In this document: in pieces, positions 50,129 through 64,000 of the stretch
Layout: every line of letters begins with the position of its first letter
How positions within the stretch are numbered: position 1 is the first letter of the stretch
Assembly (NCBI GenBank): GCA_963514005.1
Contig: OY740824.1
Location: 5,456,001-5,520,000, forward strand
Length of the DNA stretch: 64,000 bases
Reading direction: 5' to 3'
Source: Raja brachyura
Taxonomy: Eukaryota
The notes under the pieces: model-generated
Database searches by the model: none
Told to the model about the DNA's origin: nothing
Seen by the model: only the letters and a program-made list of their open reading frames with translations
Translations under genes and position numbers: made by a program

Positions 50129-53100
50129 CATAGAACCAAAGAAATATAGAAAATACGTGCAGGAGGACGCCATTCGTCCCTTCGATCCAGCATCGCCATT
50201 CATTCTGATCATGGCTGATCGTCCGCTATCAATAACCCGTGCCTGCCTTCTCCCCATATCCCTTGACTCCACTAGCCCCTAGAGCTCTATCGAGCTGTCT
50301 CTTAAATCCATCCAGTGATTTGGACTCCACTGGCCTCTGTGGCAGGGAATTCCATAAATTCACGACTCTCTAGGTAAAAAGGTTTTTTCTCAGCTCAGTC
50401 TCAAATGAACTTCCCTTTATTCTAAGACTGTGGCCCCTGGTTCTGGACTCACCCAACATTGGGAACATTTTTCCTGCATTCAGTATTTTTATAATTGTAT
50501 ATGTTTCTATAAGACGCCCGCTCATCCTTCTAAACTCCAGTGAATACCAGCCTAATCTTTTCAATCTTTCCTCATATGACAGTCCCGCCTTCCCAGGGAT
50601 CAATCTCGTGAACCTACGCTGCACTGCCTCAATCACAAGGATGACCTTCCTCAAATTAGGAGACCAAAACTGTACACAATACTCCAGATGTGGTCTCACC
50701 AGAGCCCTATACAACTGCAGAAGAACCTCTTGATTCCTGTACTGAAATCCTCTTGTTATGAAGGCCAACATTCCATTAGCTTTCTTCACTGCCTGCTGTC
50801 CCTGCACGCCAACTTTCAGTGACTGGTGTACAAGGCCACCCAGGTCTCGCTGTACCTCCCCCTTACCTAATCTAACCCCATTTAGATAAAAAGCTGCCCC
50901 CTTGTTTTTGCCGCCAAAGTGCATAACCTCACATTTATCTATATTACACTGCATCGGCCACGCATCTGCCCACTCACTCAACCTATCCAGGTCTCCCTAA
51001 AACCTCCTAACATCCTCTTCACAGTTCACACTGCCACCCAGCTTTGTATCATCCGCAAACTTGCTAGTGTTGCTCCTAATTCCCTCTTCCAAATCATTAC
51101 TATATATGGTAAACAGTAGCGGCCCGAACACCGAACCTTGCGACATTCCACTCGCCACTGGCTGCCATTTTGAAAAGGACCGGTTCACTTCTACTCTTTG
51201 CTCCCGGTCTGCCAACCAATTTTCTATCCATGTCAACACCCTACCCCCAATACCATGTGTGCTAATTTTAGTCGCCAGTCTCCCGTGCGGGACCTTATCA
51301 AAGGCTTTCTGAAGGTCTAGATACAGTACATCCACTGGCACCCCTTCATCCATTTTACTTGTTGCATCCTGAAAAAATTCCAGAAGATTAGTCAAGCATG
51401 ATTTCCCTTTCATAAATCCATGTTGACTTGGACTAATCCTTTTACTACTATACAAATGCTCCATTATTACCTCTTTAATAATTGACTCCACCATCTTTCC
51501 CACCACCGAAGTCAGGCTAACTGATAACATTAGCTATCCTCCAATCCACATGAACTGACCCTGAATCTATTGAACATTGGAAAATGATCACCAATGCGTC
51601 TACTATTTCTAGAGCCACCTTCCTGAGGACCCTGGGATGCAGACCTCAGGCCCAGGGGATTTATCATTCTTCAGCCCTATTAGCCTACCCGATACTATTT
51701 CTCGCCTAATGAAAATGTCTTTCAGTTATTCAACCCCCTGAGATTTTCTGTCCACCAGTACATCTGGGAGATTGTTTGTGTTCCACTTAGTGAAGACGGA
51801 TCCGAAGTACCTATTCAACTCTTCTGCCATTTCCTTGTTGCCCATAATTGTTTCACCTGTGTCTGCCTTCAAGGGACCCACATTTGCCTTTGCTACGCTT
51901 TTTCCCTTAACATACCTAAAGAAGCTTTTACTGTCCGTCTTTATATTCCTGGACAGCTTCCCCTCGTACTTCATCTTTTCAGCCCATATTGCCCGTTTAG
52001 TTTCTGTCCTATGAAGGTTTCCCAATCCTCCGGCTTCTGGCTACTCTTTGCTGTGTTGTACATTTTTTCTTTTAGTTTTATTATATCCCTAAACTCTCTT
52101 GTCAGCCACGGTTGCCTCCTACTCCCCTTAGAATCTTTCTTCCTCTTTGGAATGAAATGATCCTGCATCTTCCGGATTATGCCCAGCAATTCCTGCCATT
52201 GCTGTTCCGCCGTCATTCCTGCTAGGATCCCTTTCCTGTCTACTTTGGCCAGCTGCCCTCTCATGCCTTCATAGCCCCTTTGTTCAACTGCATCACTGCC
52301 ACTTCCGATTTAACGTTCTCCTTCTCAAATTGCAGATTAAAACTAATCATATTATGATTACTACCTCTAAGCGGTTCCTTTGCCTCGAGTTCTCTTATCA
52401 TATCTGGTTCATTGGAAAACACTAAATCCAGAATTGCCTTTTCTCTGGTCGGCTCCATTACAAGCTGCTCTCAGAATCCATCTCGGAGGCATTCTACAAA
52501 CTATTTCTTGGGGTCCTGAAACAACCTGATTTTCCCAGTCTACCTGCATATTGAAATCCCCCATCTCCACAGAGGCATTACCTTTGTTACAAGCCAGTTT
52601 TAACTCCTACATCCGGACTACTATTTGGGGGTCTGTAAATAACACCAATTAGTGTCTTCCTTCCTTTACAATTCCTCAACTCAATCCAAAGTGACTCTCC
52701 CTCGTCAGTCCGTATGCTTCCATCGCAAGGGACTGAATTCCATCCCTCAACAGCAAAGCTACCCCATCTCCTCTGCCCACCTGCCTGTCCTTTCTATCGG
52801 ATGAATAACACTGAATAGTAAGTTCCCAGGCCCGATCCTCCTGCAGCCTCGTAGCAATAATCCCCACAATGTCATATCTAACAACCTCTAACTGAGCCTC
52901 AAGCTCATCTACTTTACTTCTTATACTTCACGCATTCATATACAATACGTTTAATTCCTTACGCATCTCACCTTTCACATCGATCCATATTAAACTTGGC
53001 CATACTCTCCTATCCCTTTGTGAGCTTCCCTTCCCTTTAATTCTGAGGTCATTATCCATCCCTTTACTCTCTTTCCCTTTAATTCCACCGTCGACTATCT

Positions 53101-54300
53101 AATTTGACACCCCCCCCCCCCCCTTATTCAGTTCAAAACCACCCGTGTAGCAGTGGCAAACCAGCCTACCAGAATGCTGGTCCCCCATCTGTTAAGATGC
53201 AATCCGTCCCTTTTGTACAGATCCCCCTTACTCCAAAACAGATCCCAGTGATCTAAGAATCTAAATCCCTACCCCCTGCACCAGTTTCTCAGCCATACAT
53301 TCAGGTCCCGTATCTCCCTGTTCCTGCTCTCGCCAGCACGAGGAACTAGAAGCAAACCGGAGATTACAATCCTGGAGGTCCTGCTTTTCAGCATTTTTCC
53401 GAGCTCTCTAAAGTCACGCTGCAGAATATTCCTCCCCTTCTTTCCGACATCGTTTGTGCCGACATGTACGACCACCTCCGGCTGTTCACCTTCGCCGTTG
53501 AGGATTTTCTGCACTCTGTCCGTGACATTCTGGATCCTGGCACCAGGAAGGCAGCAAACTATCCTCGAATCCCGTCTGTTCCTGCAGAAACCCCTGTCCG
53601 TACCTCTTAGAATCGAGTCTCCAACTACAATGCCGTTGCCTGATGTTGGCCTCTTTCGTTTTGGCTCAACAGCCCTTTTTGACTCGCTAGCCAGTGTGAT
53701 AACGTCTTCTGTCCCGACAGCTTCTAAGTGGGTGAACCTGTTGACGAGAGGTACGACGCCCGGAGACCTTTGCATTCCAAGTTTCCCTCGCTTTCGTACC
53801 GTCACCCACTTTTTTCCCTCCCAGTACCTTAGGTGTAACAATCTCACTGTAGGACCTGTCGAGGAACGACTCCGTTTCTCGGACGAACTTGAGGTCGTCC
53901 ACTTGCTTCTCCAATTCCCCAACACGGCCCTTCAGAGCAGTACCTGGATGCATTTCTCACATTTGTGGCAGCTAGAGGCACCAGCAGTGTCCTTGACCTC
54001 CCACATACTGCAAGCATCACACTGAATCAGCTTGCTTGACATCTCTTTCTTTCGCCTCTCCCTCAACAGCATTTTGCGTAGCCTCCTCTCCTCAGCCTCC
54101 TCGCCGAAGACCCTGGACCCGAAGACTCGCACTTTTCTCACAGGGCACTTTCCTCACAAGCCTGCTCCCTCACTGCCGCTCCCCAAGAGCTGTCTTGCTT
54201 ATACTGACTGATAACTTGACTAATTTACCAATTTACAAACCAAATTCCTCAGTTTTCACCTGTTTTCCCCCTCTGACTCACTTCTAACTCTCCTGCCACT
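50129..54300 (-). mobile_element. Degenerate near-full-length CR1 LINE, unit C copy (no LTR insertion)
   Basis: ORF1 IQCDACSMWEV, GDSILRG, HVGTND; ORF2 GKSCLTNLLEFF, KFADDTKLGG, LYRALVRPHLEYC. Confidence 0.88.
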
Positions 54301-57300
54301 CGGGCAAGAGCCAATCAGTGGTCCTGGAAAATAGATGGTTGGACATTTGATTTAGAAAGCAAAATATCTTTCCTCTCAACCTGCATCATCAAATCTCCAA
54401 TAAATAAACTGCTCAGAAGAACGGGTAATTAGCAAGTACCTCATAGGCTGTGATGCAGTTACCAATAATACAGATCACAATGCCACATTGAACGACACAT
54501 TAACAATTTGCTACTGTTGACCACCGCTTGATATTTATAGTGGAAGTGACTTAATACTGCCATTCTTGTCATTGATAAAGGTGGTGGCTGGTGGATTTGT
54601 CCAGGGTTTTATTAGTTTGTGAGAGGAGCGCGGAAAGGCTTCGTGTCATATGTTTTAAATTAAATACGCATTATCAGTGATTTCATGGCAGACGCCGACA
54701 CCGTGGGTAGAATATACTTCGGTATTATACGACTCTATGGAGCAGATACTGTAAAGTCAAATCCACACCTAGAGCCAGATTACCGCTTTTGAACCGTCCC
54801 ATCATGCACCACCAAGTTCTATGCAGTACCGTTGTAAAATAGTACACGATTCTGTGGACTGTCTGAACACGCACGTTTAATAGAGAAGCACCGAGGTCGA
54901 TCGAACTGTGGAACCTCGCCACTCTGTGGGCTCCATCAATGCAACACAGTCTGGAAATCAGCGTTCAGATGGCCAGGAGAGATGGGAAGAATTTCCTCAG
55001 TTGCAGGGATAATAGTAATAAATATTCGCCCACAAACATGCTGAGACTCAGACATTGGGTATATTCTGTCCTTGATGCTCAGGGAAGTTCACGTGGCTTC
55101 GTGCAGGACAATGATGCAGAAGTAATGAATTCGATTGATGCATCTGTCCTGCTGTTTATTAGGTTATTACTTAAAACAGAGAATGAAGGCCATGCAACAA
55201 GCTCTCCGTCGTATCTTGGTGAATATTCCCCCATCTTTACAGATGTGGTAAAATAGTTTAATAAATCAATAGTTTGACAGTCCTTTATTGCCACGTGTAC
55301 ACTGAGATACATTGAAATTTGACGTTACCATACAAACATACAAACAAAAGTAACAACATACAAAGTTACATATAAACGTAAACCTAAACAGCCGCCATAG
55401 CGCCGTGCGAGAATCCTAAGACACACAGCACAGACGGAGAGCCACAGCCGTCAGTCCAATGTCCGGGCCACACACACGCTCCACCGTGATGTGACCAGAG
55501 TTGCACCGACCGTTTGCCGCTGTCTTTGTCAGAAAGCCGTCCGCACTCGCACCATTCAGCAGGCCGCTCACGTGTTATGACGCCCCCGCAACACCGAGAC
55601 CACGCACTCACGGCAATCCCTCCAAGTCCCCACCAGCGCAGGCAGCATCAGCAGCATGGGGAAAGTAGGATAACATAACTCTGACGAAAGGGTGACCGAT
55701 GGCCGGCGTGGACCTGTTCGACCAAAGTGCCCGTATCATGGAGTCACAGATTCATAGAGGGATACAGCATGGAAATAGGGCGTTCGTCCCAACCTTCCCC
55801 CCACGACCAACATGTCCCAGCTACACAAGTCCCATCTGCACGCGTTTGGCCCATATCCCACTAAACCATACCTCTATATGTCTGTCCAACTGTTTCTAAA
55901 AGGGTGGGATAGTTACTGCATCTGCAACCTCCTCCGGGAGCTTGTTCCATGCACCCACCACCCTTTGTGTGAAAAGGTTCCCCCTCATATTGATATGAAA
56001 TCGTTTCCCCTTCGCCTTAACCCCATGTCCTCTGGACCTCGATTCACCTACTCTGGTCCTACCAAATCTATTCCCCTCGTGATTGCATACATCTCCATAA
56101 GATCACCCCGCATCCGCCTACACTCCAAGGAATAGAGCCCCAGCCAGCTCAACATCTCCCTATGCCTCAGACCATATGGTCCTGGTACCATTCTCGTTAA
56201 TCGTCTCCTACAACTTACCCTTTCCAGATTGAAAACACATTCCCATTAACATGGTGCCCATCATGATATCCATGATGTATATTTCATTCACATCAAATGA
56301 ATAGGTATGATTTTCTTCTGCACAAATTCCCAGCTAAGCCTAGATTTCGCAGCAACTCTTCAATCGAGGCATTCAGCACTCACAGAGATCACTGTCCTCA
56401 CTGCCCATTCATCTCCTCTGTCGCAGCTCTTTGCACTCGCATTCCTGGTAGGAGCGCCCGTTGTTCAGCCACGCTGGTCATAGCCAGAAAGGAGACATGT
56501 GTGTGAAGTTGGAAGCAATGACTTCAATGTTGAATGCCGCATGTTTGTAAGGCTGGAGGAGTGGAGTCCAGGGTTTTATGTCAGGAATAATATCTCAGCC
56601 TGGATCCGCTCCGTCTGTCAAAGGTCATGTCCACACATCCGACATCACCTCGCTTTTATTTTCCCGCTTTCGGCTGTCGTCGGTGGCGGGTGCCGGACCT
56701 GTCCGTGGGCTGCATGGTACTGGACCCCCCCACCCGATGCCGATGGCGGCTGCTGGGCCTGGCGGTAGGCTGCACGGCCCTGGAAAGCGTTTCAGGTAAG
56801 CAGATACGATCGCTGTCCTGATGTTTAGGCTTCTAGCTTCCAGCTGCACTCTTCGTGACCCTTACTGCCCCGTTTGTTTTTGTTGCCCTCTTGTTTCCCG
56901 TTCCGACTTCTTTTCGTTGGCGCCAATTCATATACAATTTGGCGCCAAATCCTCTTGCTTGGTGCCGTTCCAATTTGTGTCGCCAAATACAAACACATTT
57001 TAAACGTTTTATTTTAACTTGGCAGCACTCGATCTTCGCTTCTCTGTTCTTTGATCCTCGTCGCCAATTGTTGTGTATTTGGTGCTAGAAACGGACTTTA
57101 AATAACACTGGGACACGGGAGGTAACTGACAAGCTTCTATATTCTGAACGCCACCACGAGTCTCTCCTGCGCATACGTACCATTGCGCAAGACATTAAAT
57201 ATATTAATTATCTTTCAAACATAACCTTTCTTTAAATTCAGGACCCCAGACACTGAATTTGGCTGAATCAGCCCCAGCCCAGTCACTCAAGGTTCAAGAT

Positions 57301-60300
57301 TCAATTCAATTGTCACATGGACCAAATTAAGGTACAGTTAAAGTTGAGATGCCAAACAGCCATACTAAGTGAGAAAAGCAACAAGACACACTGTCACATA
57401 AAATAAATGTAACTTAAACATCTACCACAGCGGAATCCACATTACTCACTGTGATGGAAGGCAATAAAGTTCAGTCATCTTCCTCGTTTGAACACCCGTG
57501 GTCGGGGCTAATCCCTCCGCACATGCCGTTGCCGTCGGTCCGTGGTGACAATTTCACACAAAAAGTGATACGTATGTTGAACAAGCTATCCGAGGAGATG
57601 GCATAGGCGAGTACCATTACAAAAGTTAACATTAATTTGGGTAGATCGATGGTAGGAAAGTCTCAGAGAGAGATGGGCTAAACTGAATCAAGCAGGACGA
57701 GGTTAAGTGAGAGCATTGGCTGGCATGGGAACGCTGGGCTGAAGGGCTTTCTTCGTGCCGTAAAACTGCGGGACAGCTAATCTACCAACCAGCGGATATT
57801 TGAGATGTTTGACGGAACAGGAACACCTGGGAGAAACTCAACTTCTCACAAAGATAATGTGCAAACTCCACAAGGGCAGCAGCCGTGGTCAGTGCTGAAC
57901 CGGTTCAGTGTTGCCGTGATCCAGCAGTTCTACGAGCTGTGTCGCTGTTGTTGAGAGCAAAGGTCAGTTTGCAGTCGGCGCTGATGGTTGCGGCTTCGAG
58001 TGCAAACAGACACTCGGGCCCATAAGTGGCAGTGGACACCGCTGAACAGCACCGAGGAAGCAATGTGAGCAGATATTCTGGATCAGATAGCACACCATCT
58101 GTCATCTCAGATGGAGGAGAAGTATCCCAATGTATACAGCATCAAAAACATGAAGTTACTTTCACTAAAGACGGGAAAATATAATCTGCTCTGCCATTCC
58201 CGACACCGCCCTCTTCCGACCGCTTTGCCCCCAGCGAGGTGATGCGAGTGTGAAGAGAGTAAACATAGGACCCATGAAAGGCTCGGCGTTTTGCCGGCAC
58301 TAACAAAGTTGAATGATGCAGCATCTCTGTTACTTTGTGAAACTTCATATCTCTCTGTTACTCATCTATTTCTGATTGTTGATTTTATCAAATATGGTCT
58401 TTAGTCAGATTGCGATCGCAATTTCCTAATTTGTTGGAGCTAACTTAATAAAGCACAGCTGATCGTTTCACCCCAAACAGCTGCATCGCATATGTACATT
58501 GTTATTGCTCTACTAGAAATCCCCTTGCTGTAGACAGCGTGTAGCTTACACATTCTCGAAATCATTTCCTCAGAATGCCGATGATTTTCAGTCGACTTTC
58601 TCATCAACAGACCACAGTCTGTTTGAATTGGCAAAACACTTCTTCCTCAATAACCATCAGCACGGGGGTCCTCAAGCTGTGTGCGCAGCCCCCATACTCT
58701 ATCCACTCTCTCCTCACGACAGTTTAGCTTGACACAGTGTGAACTCCATCTTCCGATGAAGTTCTCCGACGATACTACTGTTATTGGACGAATTATAGAT
58801 GATGATGAGTATTGAGGTGAGATCGATCGACTGATCAAGTAGTGCCAGAACAACAACCTGGTTCTCAATGTCAATAAAACCAATTAACTGATCGATGTCT
58901 GGAAGAGGAAGGACGAGGTCCCTCAAACCTGTCTATATCGAGATGGTTGAGAGAGTCCACAGTATCAAATCCCTTGGCGTGCATATGTCTGAAGATCTTT
59001 CCTGGACCCAGCACTTCCAATGGAAGTAAGCATTCAGGTAGAGCAGGCGGTGAAGAAAGTAATTGACATGTTGGCCTTCATAACAAGAGAATTTGTGTAT
59101 AAGAGCAAAGGGGTCATTCTGCAGTTTTACCGGGCCCTAGTGAGACCACACCTGGAGTATTGTATGCAGTTTTGGTCTCCCAATTTGAGGAAGCACATTC
59201 TTGCTACTGAGGGAGGGCAGCGTGTGTTCACCAGGTTAATTCCCGGGATGGCGGGAATGTCATATGTTGATAGAGTGGAGCGGCTTGGCTTCTATACTTG
59301 GAGTTTGGAAGGATGAGAGGGTATCTTATTGAAACATATAAGTTTCTGTAGGGTTTGGACAAGCTAGACACAGGAAACATGTTCCCGATGTTTGGGGAGT
59401 CCAGAACCAGGGGCTACAGTATAAAAGTAAGGGGCAGTCCACTTAGAAGGGCGATGAGGAGAAACGATTTCACACAGAGGGTTGTGAGTCTGGAATTCTC
59501 TGCCTCAGAGGGTGTTGCAGGCTGGTCCTCTGGATACTTTCAAGAGAGAGCTAGACTGAGCTCTTAAAGAGAGCGGAGTCAAGGGATATGGAGAGAAGAC
59601 AGGAACTGGGTATTGATTATGGAAGATCAGCCATGATCACATTGAATGGCGGTGCGAGCTCGAGTGGCCGAATGGTCAACTCCTGCACCTATTGTCTATT
59701 GTCTATTATCAATTGATGCAATTATAACGAAAGCTCATCAACGGCTCTACTTCCTGAGACGTTTGCGGAGATTCGGTATGTCAGGGAGAACGATCTTGCA
59801 ACTGCACAGTCGGGATCGATTTAACTGGTTGCGAAATGGCCTGGTTCGGCCCAGAATGTCCTGGAGCGAAGAAGACTGCAAAAAGTTGTGGACAATGACC
59901 AGTGCATCACAGTTGCTGATCTGCCCACCATCGAATGGATTTACAGGAGTCGCTGCCACACATTCCTTTCACCGCGGCCACCGGGGAAAAGATCTATGAG
60001 CTTGAAAACGCTCACATCAGGAACAGTCTATCCCATACACCCAGTGGGGTATTAAACTCCACAACCTCCATTAACCTCTGAAATACCTTGACTATTAATG
60101 CTATTGTTGCATTATCATTGTTGTTTGTTTTTAATTAATACGCTTGTGTGCATGTGTGTGTGTGTGTGTGGGGGGGGGGGGGGGTGGTATGTGTGAGTAT
60201 GTGTATGCAAACACACACACTCGTTTATTAATTGTTTATAGGAGCCTATGTTAACATATTCTGGTGTGCTGCTGCAAGTGAGGATTCAATTCTTCTATCT

Positions 60301-63300
60301 GTTGCAAATGACAATTTGTCTCTTGGCACTTGACTCTTAAGAACACGCTTCACTGACTTCTGGCAGGGAATGAATGTAACTAAAATGAGGGAGCAATGAA
60401 GCATGTAGGTACCGAAACTCTGTGATACGGAACAATATCTGATGATCAGAAGGTATATCCATCTATAGTGGGTGGCATACGTCTCGCCCTCACTTGACAC
60501 TATAGATGGGGAATATAAAACAGTATATTTCGGGACCAGGTATATGCCGAGTCTGATTCCTACATAGACAATGTTAATGTAGTCAGGGACACCGCTGGAA
60601 CTTCTGGAATCTACAATTGCAGAAATTGTGTCCGGGTGAGGTTCCACGGTTATCACTCATCTTGCTCAGTTTTGTCAAAATATACTCAAAACATTCCAAA
60701 GATATGTGTGCAGCTGCATTAAAATAAAACATTAAAAGATAAATTGTCTATCCCTCTGGATCCCACAAATCTCTTCAAGGTGACTCTCCACATCTCGTAG
60801 ATAACCTGACAATCTTCGCCATCACCGTCCACAGATTCCGTCATGAATAGTCTCCATCATACACACATCTCGTCAACTGAGATAATGGAAAGGTCAAGTG
60901 AAACATGGTAGTTCAGAGGGATATGTGAGCCATTATTGAATGTCGGAGTAGACAATGGGCGGAATGGCCGAATGCTGGTTCTATCACTTATGAACATCAA
61001 TTCTGAACTCATGGAAAGACAATAACGAAGGCCTAATGCAAGGGAAGAAGCTGTTCTCGGGTCTAGTGGAGTGCGCTTTCAAGCTTCTGTGCCTTTTCCC
61101 AGACGAGTGCATGCAGTAGAACGAACGACCGGTCTGCGACAAGTATATGTGTATTGGCTGCTTTTCCGAACAGTGTGAAATGTGGATGGAATCAATGATG
61201 TTTGTGTGATGAACTCAGATACATTCTCAACTCTGCAATTTCAGGGTGTTCCAAGCAGCGTTGCCACCCGACGATATGCTGTCCAAATGCATTCTTAAGA
61301 GTCATTGCAAAGAAGCCGTCCGTCTCCTCAGGAAGTAAAGTCGGCAGTGTACCCTCTTGGCTGTTGCATTAATGTGGGTGGTCGCATCTTGGCCGCATCT
61401 TGGAGACTACGCCATCACTAACATCTGGAACTACTTGCCGGTGCTGGGTGTCAGTGTAATTAGAGGATAGCAATTAAGGCACGTTACCTTTGCTTTCCCT
61501 TGTATCAGGGCGAAGGCCGTCTTCTTCAAGTAGGTTATATTTATAATCGCGTGGAGAGTAAAAATGCATTTAATGAATAGATCCCATCCCGTGCAAGCCT
61601 TGCCGAAAGCCACCGACATTCATGCAGTTGTCTCGGGACTTCATCCTTGTCCGCAATACCCTCGCGGGACCCTTAATAATTCTGCGGAGATCGTAAGTAG
61701 ACATCTTGTACCGCTCAGGATCATTTGACCTGAACGTTGCAGACATGAACGTCACGTGGGAGTCGAGCTCGCGGTTTATCCGTAGATTATGTTATGGAAC
61801 CAAGTATCGTCTTTTTTGGTGCACATCCCCAATACACTTGCTGACGCGGTCTGTGACAACTGAGGCTTATTCGTCCAGGTTAGCCGCAAAGTCCTGACAT
61901 ATGGACAAGTCCATCGACTCATAACTGTCTGTTATATATACCTTGCATACCAATAGAGTGCTCGTACTCCGAAGCAAACCCATGTCCCCCTCCTCACCTA
62001 TCCCCGCGTCGTCATCCGTACCGGGAGATGCATCACACTCGCAGTGTCCCAGCAACTCTAAAAATACATGTACGTAAGACATGTTGGCAGGTGTGGGAGA
62101 GTTGGGCCGAAGGCCCTATTGTTACAATGTATGACTCTATGATTCTATGACTCTATAATTCTATGACTACATTTGCTGTCATCCACTCCCAATATTGTAA
62201 TTTACTGAACTCGCTCTACTGTCCCGGCTTTACATGTAGCATTACTGTTCTGATACCCTCTTGTGAGTCGAAACTCATATTCATAAGATGCTAGTTCTAT
62301 CACTGCGATTCTGGCGAAACTTTGAAAGTTTGTTGCAGCTTGTTGAATTTCGTTTGAGCTTCGGCAGAGAAGAACCATTTTACAGAATAAGAGAAGCGAG
62401 GCCGCACATGTTGAACGTGTTACAGTAGAGCATTCGAATTCCGACATTTAAATCAGAATTAGAGGGAAATTACGTAAATATATAATCTCAAGTTTCAGTA
62501 CTTCCACTTAAATTAAAACATCATTAGTGGTTATATATCGAGTGGTGAAATCATAACTGTGAATGTTGTTGATACCATGTTCAGATACCATGAAGTGATG
62601 TTAATGTTCTTGGTTGTGTCTTCCTGATCCCATGGGAAGACTATCTCTAGTAGATATCAAGCCTTCCTCCAGAACGCGCTGTCGGTTCCATTCCAGCATC
62701 GAACATTGAGCTTCTCTTTCACTTCTCTCCAGGATGAAAATTATATTCACCGATTATCCGTTTTTTCTGCTGCCTCCCATAGTCCAGGCAGAAATGATTT
62801 ATTACCCGATTATAGCAGTGCTTGGAATTCTTGGTAAGTAATTGGATCTATGTTACGAATCGTCCATGAAAGCATTTGTTTCTACTCCATTATTGGCAGA
62901 TATGTGATGTTTAGATTTCCCTGTCCACCAATCCAATGAAAGACGACTCCAGCTGTGCTTCTGAAGGGCTGAACTCAATAATACCTCGTTTCGGTCACCT
63001 GAAATGCACATTTTCAACCGCAAATGCTGCAGTTATTTGAAATGATTTAGTGTATTTCATTGGTGGTCTGTTTGACTTAATCTTCCTGCAGTCAATACAA
63101 TATTTTGTGTTTAGTTTATTGTTTCCATTCGTCGGCTAGACACTCTTCCTATGCGGTGACACCAGGTACGTCTCGTCATTTATAGGTGTAACAAACCGCG
63201 CTTCCTCGTCGCCTCTGTGTACACATATGTCATGAGCCGTCCGGTTCCAACAAATATACTCCGGTTTGTGAGCAAACATTATCCCGGTTGCGGTGCCGTT

Positions 63301-64000
63301 GGCCGGAATATCTCCATATCGTGTTCCGATATCGTGACAATGTGTCTGTAAGCTGCAATAGGAACAATGAGACATTTATACAATTTATAACTGGCGAGAC
63401 GTTAACGAGAATGATAGGACAAAAGCGTTGAATGACTGATGAATTGATAAAGTGAAAATAATTGATTTTATAGATTTACTGCGGGAAGTTTCAGTAAAAC
63501 AGAAAATGATTAAAATAACTGCAATTAACTGTATCGATGTAATTCGATGCAAATAACAGAATTTTTACTGTTCGAAATGTACAAACGAAGCGTAAATTAG
63601 TTAAAGACTTACAAAATCACGGCTAAATTTTCAGGCAGCCATTATGAGTTATCAGATGATTTCACCATCTGCCACAGGTAAAACGCCGTGGCGTCGCTTC
63701 ATTTTCAGATCACAGATTTGTAGTCTGACACTGCACCTGCCGCCTACACCATGTTTATCCGACCTGATAAAATACTATTCCGTGTAAATTCATTGGAAAA
63801 TTGTCATTATTTTCATTCACGCACATATTGCGATATTGTCAACACTGGCGACAGTCCTAACAGTGGAAAGACATTTCTTTCTCGTCGCACAACCTTTAAA
63901 ACGTTTTGTGCTGTGTCCGCTCGCCCTGTCATGAATGTCTATGCTCAACTCTAATCTTCATGTGAAATCGCGTGTTACGTGGGGCACCCTGTAACCTGCA
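50218..64000 (+). repeat. Tandem segmental duplication, unit C (truncated by window end)
   Basis: Collinear with A and B; the last bases (gtaacctgca) match 44478-44487, about 45 nt upstream of the exon 2 acceptor in unit B. Confidence 0.9.
62734..62833 (+). CDS. GPR139/GPR142-like GPCR copy C, coding exon 1 (MKIIFTDYPFFLLPPIVQAEMIYYPIIAVLGIL); exon 2 expected just beyond the window
   Basis: ATG at 62734 and GTAAGT donor at 62834; the downstream intron is collinear with copy B up to the window end. Confidence 0.85.

Larger units (their letters stand above)
21479..50217 (+). repeat. Tandem segmental duplication, unit B
   Basis: Collinear with units A and C; longer because of Gypsy, Rex1, DNA transposon and young CR1 insertions. 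Confidence 0.9.

Overview
Eukaryotic, transposon-rich vertebrate DNA. The repeat content (CR1, V-SINE, Rex1, Penelope-type hammerhead) suggests a cartilaginous fish, probably a skate or ray. The window is a head-to-tail tandem segmental duplication with three units: A about 1-21478, B about 21479-50217 and C 50218 to beyond the end. Each unit carries a two-coding-exon orphan class A GPCR of the GPR139/GPR142-like type on the + strand (100-nt exon 1 + 911-nt exon 2 = 336 aa; exon 2 of copy C lies just past the window). The units differ by unit-specific insertions: a Gmr1-type Gypsy element (solo LTR in A, provirus in B, empty site in C), Rex1 and CR1 LINEs, a 7-bp-TSD non-autonomous DNA transposon inserted independently in the same intron of two paralogs, a duplicated first coding exon in A, a minisatellite and a minimal hammerhead ribozyme. 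The most unusual feature is a single TSD-bounded 4.0-kb retro-insertion (16471-20485, minus strand) in which the 5' UTR and exon 1 of CABLES2 are fused to an L2/Crack-type LINE ORF2 and 3' tail. Family assignments rest on motif recognition only; no database searches were run.
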